From positions 64,246 through 128,245 of the forward strand of contig JBBDYB010000011.1 of the NCBI GenBank assembly GCA_040901965.1: a stretch of 64,000 nucleotides of DNA, read 5' to 3'. The notes beneath the pieces were generated by a model, which saw only the letters and a program-made list of their open reading frames with translations, did no database searches and was not told the origin of the DNA. A program made the position numbers and the translations under genes. The stretch is from Gemmatimonadales bacterium (lineage in GTDB: Bacteria; Gemmatimonadota; Gemmatimonadetes; Gemmatimonadales; GWC2-71-9). This document shows, piece after piece, positions 61,642 to 64,000 of the stretch. The stretch's first letter is position 1; every line of letters starts with the position of its first letter.

Positions 61642-61916
61642 TTAGTGCGCTCCTTTGGTCCGCGTTGACGGGAAACGTAGGCTAGAGCCCCACGCGGGGG
61701 AGAGGACGCATATCCCCCCTACGCCCTCTCAGCCGCCCCGCCGCCAGCGCGCGTGGCCTCCGCCGCTGTGAAACGCCTGGCTGCGCGCCGCGCGATCCCC
61801 CTGCGCCCCGCTCCGCCGGCAAGGCCCGCGTGGCGGGTTTCCAAAATTGGCGCGCCTTTGGCCCCTCCGGCCCTTTCAAGGACGGGGTTAGGGCTCTAGC
61901 TCCCGCCTGGGGGCTC

Positions 61917-62132
61917 TCACGCCCGTCCCTTTCCCGCTCCCCGCGTGAACAGTTCCCCTGGCGCCACGTCCAGGGCTGCACACAGGCGGTCTATCGTCTC
62001 TAGCTCTATCCGCGCCGTGCGGTTGCCAGTGAGGCGGTAAATAGCGTTTAGGCTCAAGCCCGTTTCCTTCGCGAGCTTGTAGGCCGTCATACCCTTGGCG
62101 CGGAGTAGCGCGCGAAGGTTGAGTCTTACCAT
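61917..62132 (-). CDS. XRE-family (Cro/CI-type) transcriptional regulator
   Basis: MVRLNLRALLRAKGMTAYKLAKETGLSLNAIYRLTGNRTARIELETIDRLCAALDVAPGELF. Start at ATG 62132. Confidence 0.75.
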   Translation of the reverse strand: MVRLNLRALLRAKGMTAYKLAKETGLSLNAIYRLTGNRTARIELETIDRLCAALDVAPGELFTRGAGKGRA

Positions 62133-62145
62133 TGTGGGCCCCCTC

Positions 62146-62196
62146 CCTACAATATAACATGCCAACATAGCCCCCCTTGACGTATAGTATTGTAGG
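62146..62196. promoter_or_regulatory. Inverted repeat CCTACAATA / TATTGTAGG flanking the -35 box (candidate operator pair)
   Basis: CCTACAATA at 62146-62154 and TATTGTAGG at 62188-62196. The second half-site lies in the promoter spacer. Confidence 0.45.
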
Positions 62197-62206
62197 ATGG
62201 TATAAT
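62177..62206 (+). promoter_or_regulatory. Near-consensus sigma70 promoter driving the rightward ORFs, divergent from the XRE gene
   Basis: TTGACG (62177-62182), 18 nt, TATAAT (62201-62206). ATG 62213 follows 6 nt later, giving a leaderless or very short leader. Confidence 0.6.
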
Positions 62207-62212
62207 AATCTC

Positions 62213-62524
62213 ATGGCGCGGCGTACAGGGAAGCGGCGACTAGAGCTAGCGCGTGGGGGACACGTAGAAGGCGGCCCCACGCCACGGCCTGGCGTCTACG
62301 TGCTGACGAAGCGCGTGGACGTGTGGGACGCCCGGCCGGGGGATCGCGTGGTATATCGGCCCGCTCACCCGACCTTTCCCCTCGTGCTCCATCGCTCACT
62401 CCCGCCCGAGGCCGCGGGGCTGCTTCCGCCGTGTGCGTGGGTGGGCGGCGCTGGCCACTATGGGCGCTGTCCAACGGCAAGCCCTCGTTCACCGTCACGC
62501 GCTCGGCGTTGGAGAAGGATCTGA
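62213..62524 (+). CDS. Hypothetical protein (mobile-element ORF); coding signal fades after about 62460
   Basis: High GC3 from ATG 62213 to about 62460, then GC3 drops while the -1 frame becomes coding-like. Confidence 0.35.
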   Translation: MARRTGKRRLELARGGHVEGGPTPRPGVYVLTKRVDVWDARPGDRVVYRPAHPTFPLVLHRSLPPEAAGLLPPCAWVGGAGHYGRCPTASPRSPSRARRWRRI

Positions 62525-62754
62525 ACGCCACCGACAAAGACTTCGCGGAGCCGACGTGGAACGCGTGGAAGATCGGGCGGCAGCTCAACGCGCTCGTAGG
62601 CGTCCTCACCGCACCCTCCCGTCGCGCTCCCGACCGCCGAGATCGGGTCTACACCGTCTGCCAGCCAGCCCTGCGCGACTACGCGCGGCGGTACGGCCTG
62701 ACCGGAGTGACCGATTGCGACCGAGTGGGGCGCGGAGGAAATGGTCAGGCTTAA
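62431..62754 (+). CDS. Hypothetical protein (mobile-element ORF), or the downstream half of a frameshifted gene
   Basis: High GC3 and protein-like sequence from about 62455 (WALSNGKPSFTVTRSALEKDLNATDKDFAEPTWNAWKIGRQLNALVG). In-frame GTGs at 62431 and 62437, with no ATG. Confidence 0.35.
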   Translation: MCVGGRRWPLWALSNGKPSFTVTRSALEKDLNATDKDFAEPTWNAWKIGRQLNALVGVLTAPSRRAPDRRDRVYTVCQPALRDYARRYGLTGVTDCDRVGRGGNGQA

Positions 62755-62884
62755 ATCCTTTATACATACATAGATAGATGTAGTAGTGACCATTTGACTG
62801 AGTTAGTAGAGAAGGGGGGTAGGTCCTCGCTTTCGCGACGGGGGACCACCTTTCTAAGAAATGGTCAAAACGGTCACTCGGTCA
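62738..62884. repeat. Iteron-like GGTCA-core repeats in a low-GC noncoding region
   Basis: GAAATGGTCA at 62738-62747 and 62858-62867. Inverted TGACCATTT at 62787-62795. CGGTCA at 62871-62876 and 62879-62884. Confidence 0.7.
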
Positions 62885-62940
62885 GCGGGCTGGAGTAACT
62901 GGCCCGCTCTACTCGACACACACACAGGGAGGACCGATTC

Positions 62941-63207
62941 ATGACCGACTCACGATATAGGCTGGTCGAGGAGTGGTGCCGCGAACACCTCTTCAAGGAG
63001 CAGGGGTTAGAAGCCGGGCTGGAGGTGCTGGCGGAGTGGGGCGAGGGGCTCTCGGCTGAGGACCGCGCACAGGTGCGGCTGCTCGCGATCCCCTCCGTCC
63101 TCCGCGCGCTTCCGCCCGACGCCCCCGCTGCCTCAGCCGAGCGGCTGGTAGGCGACGCGCTGGGGGTGGGGGCCCCTGAGGAAGCCCTCGCGTTGGCAAT
63201 GGTGTAA
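62941..63207 (+). CDS. Hypothetical protein (88 aa)
   Basis: GGGAGG RBS 7 nt upstream of the ATG. High GC3. No motif recognised. Confidence 0.5.
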   Translation: MTDSRYRLVEEWCREHLFKEQGLEAGLEVLAEWGEGLSAEDRAQVRLLAIPSVLRALPPDAPAASAERLVGDALGVGAPEEALALAMV

Positions 63208-63266
63208 GCGAGGTGCCACCCGCCAGCGCCCTAGGGGCTTCGAGGGGCGACGGTCCCAGCCTCCAC

Positions 63267-63668
63267 CTAGCTCCTTCTCCGATGCAGCGTCCTCACCAGA
63301 CCACCGGTGAGGAGGGCCACCACGGCTAGCTCCACGAACAGTTGAGCGCGGTAAACGTGCGCAGACTCGACTAAGACCTGAACGCTATCTGAACGCGGTT
63401 CCATGCTGAGAAACCTGTTACGCGGCGGCGGACCGAGAATATCAGATCGCGTCTCGGAGAGTACTCGCCTCCACTCCTCAGGCGGAGACCACCACGCATG
63501 CCGACCGAGTGGGTACTCGATGAAATCATTCCTTGGAAAAAGCGCAACGTGCTGTTGCCACGGCGGGAACAGCGCCGAGAGTGAGAACACAGCGAGGCCC
63601 GCCCAGAGGGCGACGAGCTGGCGACGGTTGAAGATTGAGTTCCGGCCGGCAGTAGAAGGTGATTCCAT
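63267..63668 (-). CDS. Hypothetical membrane protein (N- and C-terminal TM segments)
   Basis: LVALWAGLAVFSLSALF and LFVELAVVALLTGGLV. Start taken at ATG 63668 (MESPST); the longest ORF starts at 63698. Confidence 0.45.
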   Translation of the reverse strand: MESPSTAGRNSIFNRRQLVALWAGLAVFSLSALFPPWQQHVALFPRNDFIEYPLGRHAWWSPPEEWRRVLSETRSDILGPPPRNRFLSMEPRSDSVQVLVESAHVYRAQLFVELAVVALLTGGLVRTLHRRRS

Positions 63669-63700
63669 AGGGCCGCTCCAAACAGCAGGGGAGACCATAG

Positions 63701-63967
63701 TCTGTAGAGACTAAAGTCTCCTCGCAACACGTTAACGGGCACTATGGCCCGCCCGCGTCTCTCTCGCGGGCCCTCCGCGAGCACCGCAAGGAGAAGAGGA
63801 TCTCGCAGGAACGGTTAGCACACGCCGCCGGCCTCCATCGGACCTATGTCGGGCTGATTGAGCGGGGGCAACGGAACCCAACGCTGGACGCCGCCCACGC
63901 CCTCGCCCGAGCCCTAGGCATGCGGCTGTCGGATCTGGTGAGGGAAGCGGAGAAGGGGGTTGGGTGA
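63701..63967 (+). pseudogene. XRE-family HTH gene without a canonical in-frame start (frameshifted or non-canonical initiation)
   Basis: Frame open 63701-63967. It encodes LREHRKEKRISQERLAHAAGLHRTYVGLIERGQRNPTLDAAHALARALGMRLSDLV. The only upstream ATG (63744) is in another frame and terminates at 63816-63818. Not in the supplied ORF track. Confidence 0.5.
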
Positions 63968-64000
63968 GGGAACGCCGAGTTCTGCCGGCCGTCCTTGACG

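Larger units (their letters stand above)
61282..64000. mobile_element. Probable integrated mobile element or prophage remnant inserted next to tRNA-Leu (runs off the window; no integrase seen)
   Basis: Directly 3' of a tRNA. Excisionase-type HTH, two XRE/Cro-CI-type regulators, divergent switch-like promoter region, small orphan ORFs, and locally low-GC noncoding stretches (62755-62940). Confidence 0.5.

Noticed and set aside
61681-61900. 10-bp inverted repeat GCTAGAGCCC / GGGCTCTAGC about 200 bp apart, between the excisionase-like and XRE genes. Also the 99-aa ORF 61682-61981.
   Set aside because: A single GC-rich 10-mer pair at this distance is within chance expectation for a 64-kb high-GC window. 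The ORF is Arg/Gly/Pro-rich and overlaps the XRE gene.

Overview
High-GC bacterial chromosomal window. It has no rRNA, 2 tRNAs and about 65 credible CDS on both strands, plus many long antisense shadow ORFs that I do not call. Gene content resembles Gemmatimonadota or Acidobacteriota, but that is a guess and needs a database search.

Content in order:
1. 1-10.2 kb: seven co-directional two-component genes (5 histidine kinases, 3 of them paralogous hybrid kinases, plus 2 response regulators).
2. Housekeeping genes: holB-moaC, two lytic transglycosylases (one behind three overlapping small unknown ORFs), ilvE, tRNA-Lys, a TonB-dependent receptor, polX, and the rnhB-rplS-trmD-rimM-rpsP-ffh cluster.
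3. A DUF445-like gene, then a minus-strand operon: TrmH-like methyltransferase, prepilin peptidase, D1-only Clp/Hsp100-like ATPase, HExxH lipoprotein.
4. thiD, followed by an IS200-like Y1/HUH (RAYT-type) transposase gene.
5. A nucleotide and nucleoside scavenging operon (double 5'-nucleotidase, add, nupC, PNP), divergent from phoBR-porin-pstSCAB1B2-phoU-arsC.
6. A rhomboid protease gene and dnaK-htrA.
7. A caa3-type cytochrome oxidase operon.
8. tRNA-Leu, followed by a probable integrated mobile element (excisionase-like HTH, XRE repressors, lysogeny-switch-like promoter region) that runs off the window.

Most interesting signals:
- A 30-bp perfect palindrome (TGTAGGGGCACGGCATGCCGTGCCCCTACA) occurs three times within 1.2 kb around the RAYT gene. 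One copy sits in frame inside thiD, one in frame inside the RAYT ORF itself, and one covers the RAYT stop codon.
- AT-rich, GATC-dense palindromic elements in inverted orientation bracket ctaG almost exactly.
- An 8-bp-phased CGGTT/AACCG repeat array and a sigma54-like -24/-12 element lie upstream of dnaK.
- GTTRCC direct repeats at 11-bp spacing occur in the Pho locus.
- Four exact C10 homopolymer tracts lie inside CDS.
- rimM is truncated and has no canonical start codon.

All functional calls rest on motifs read from the translations. No database search was possible.
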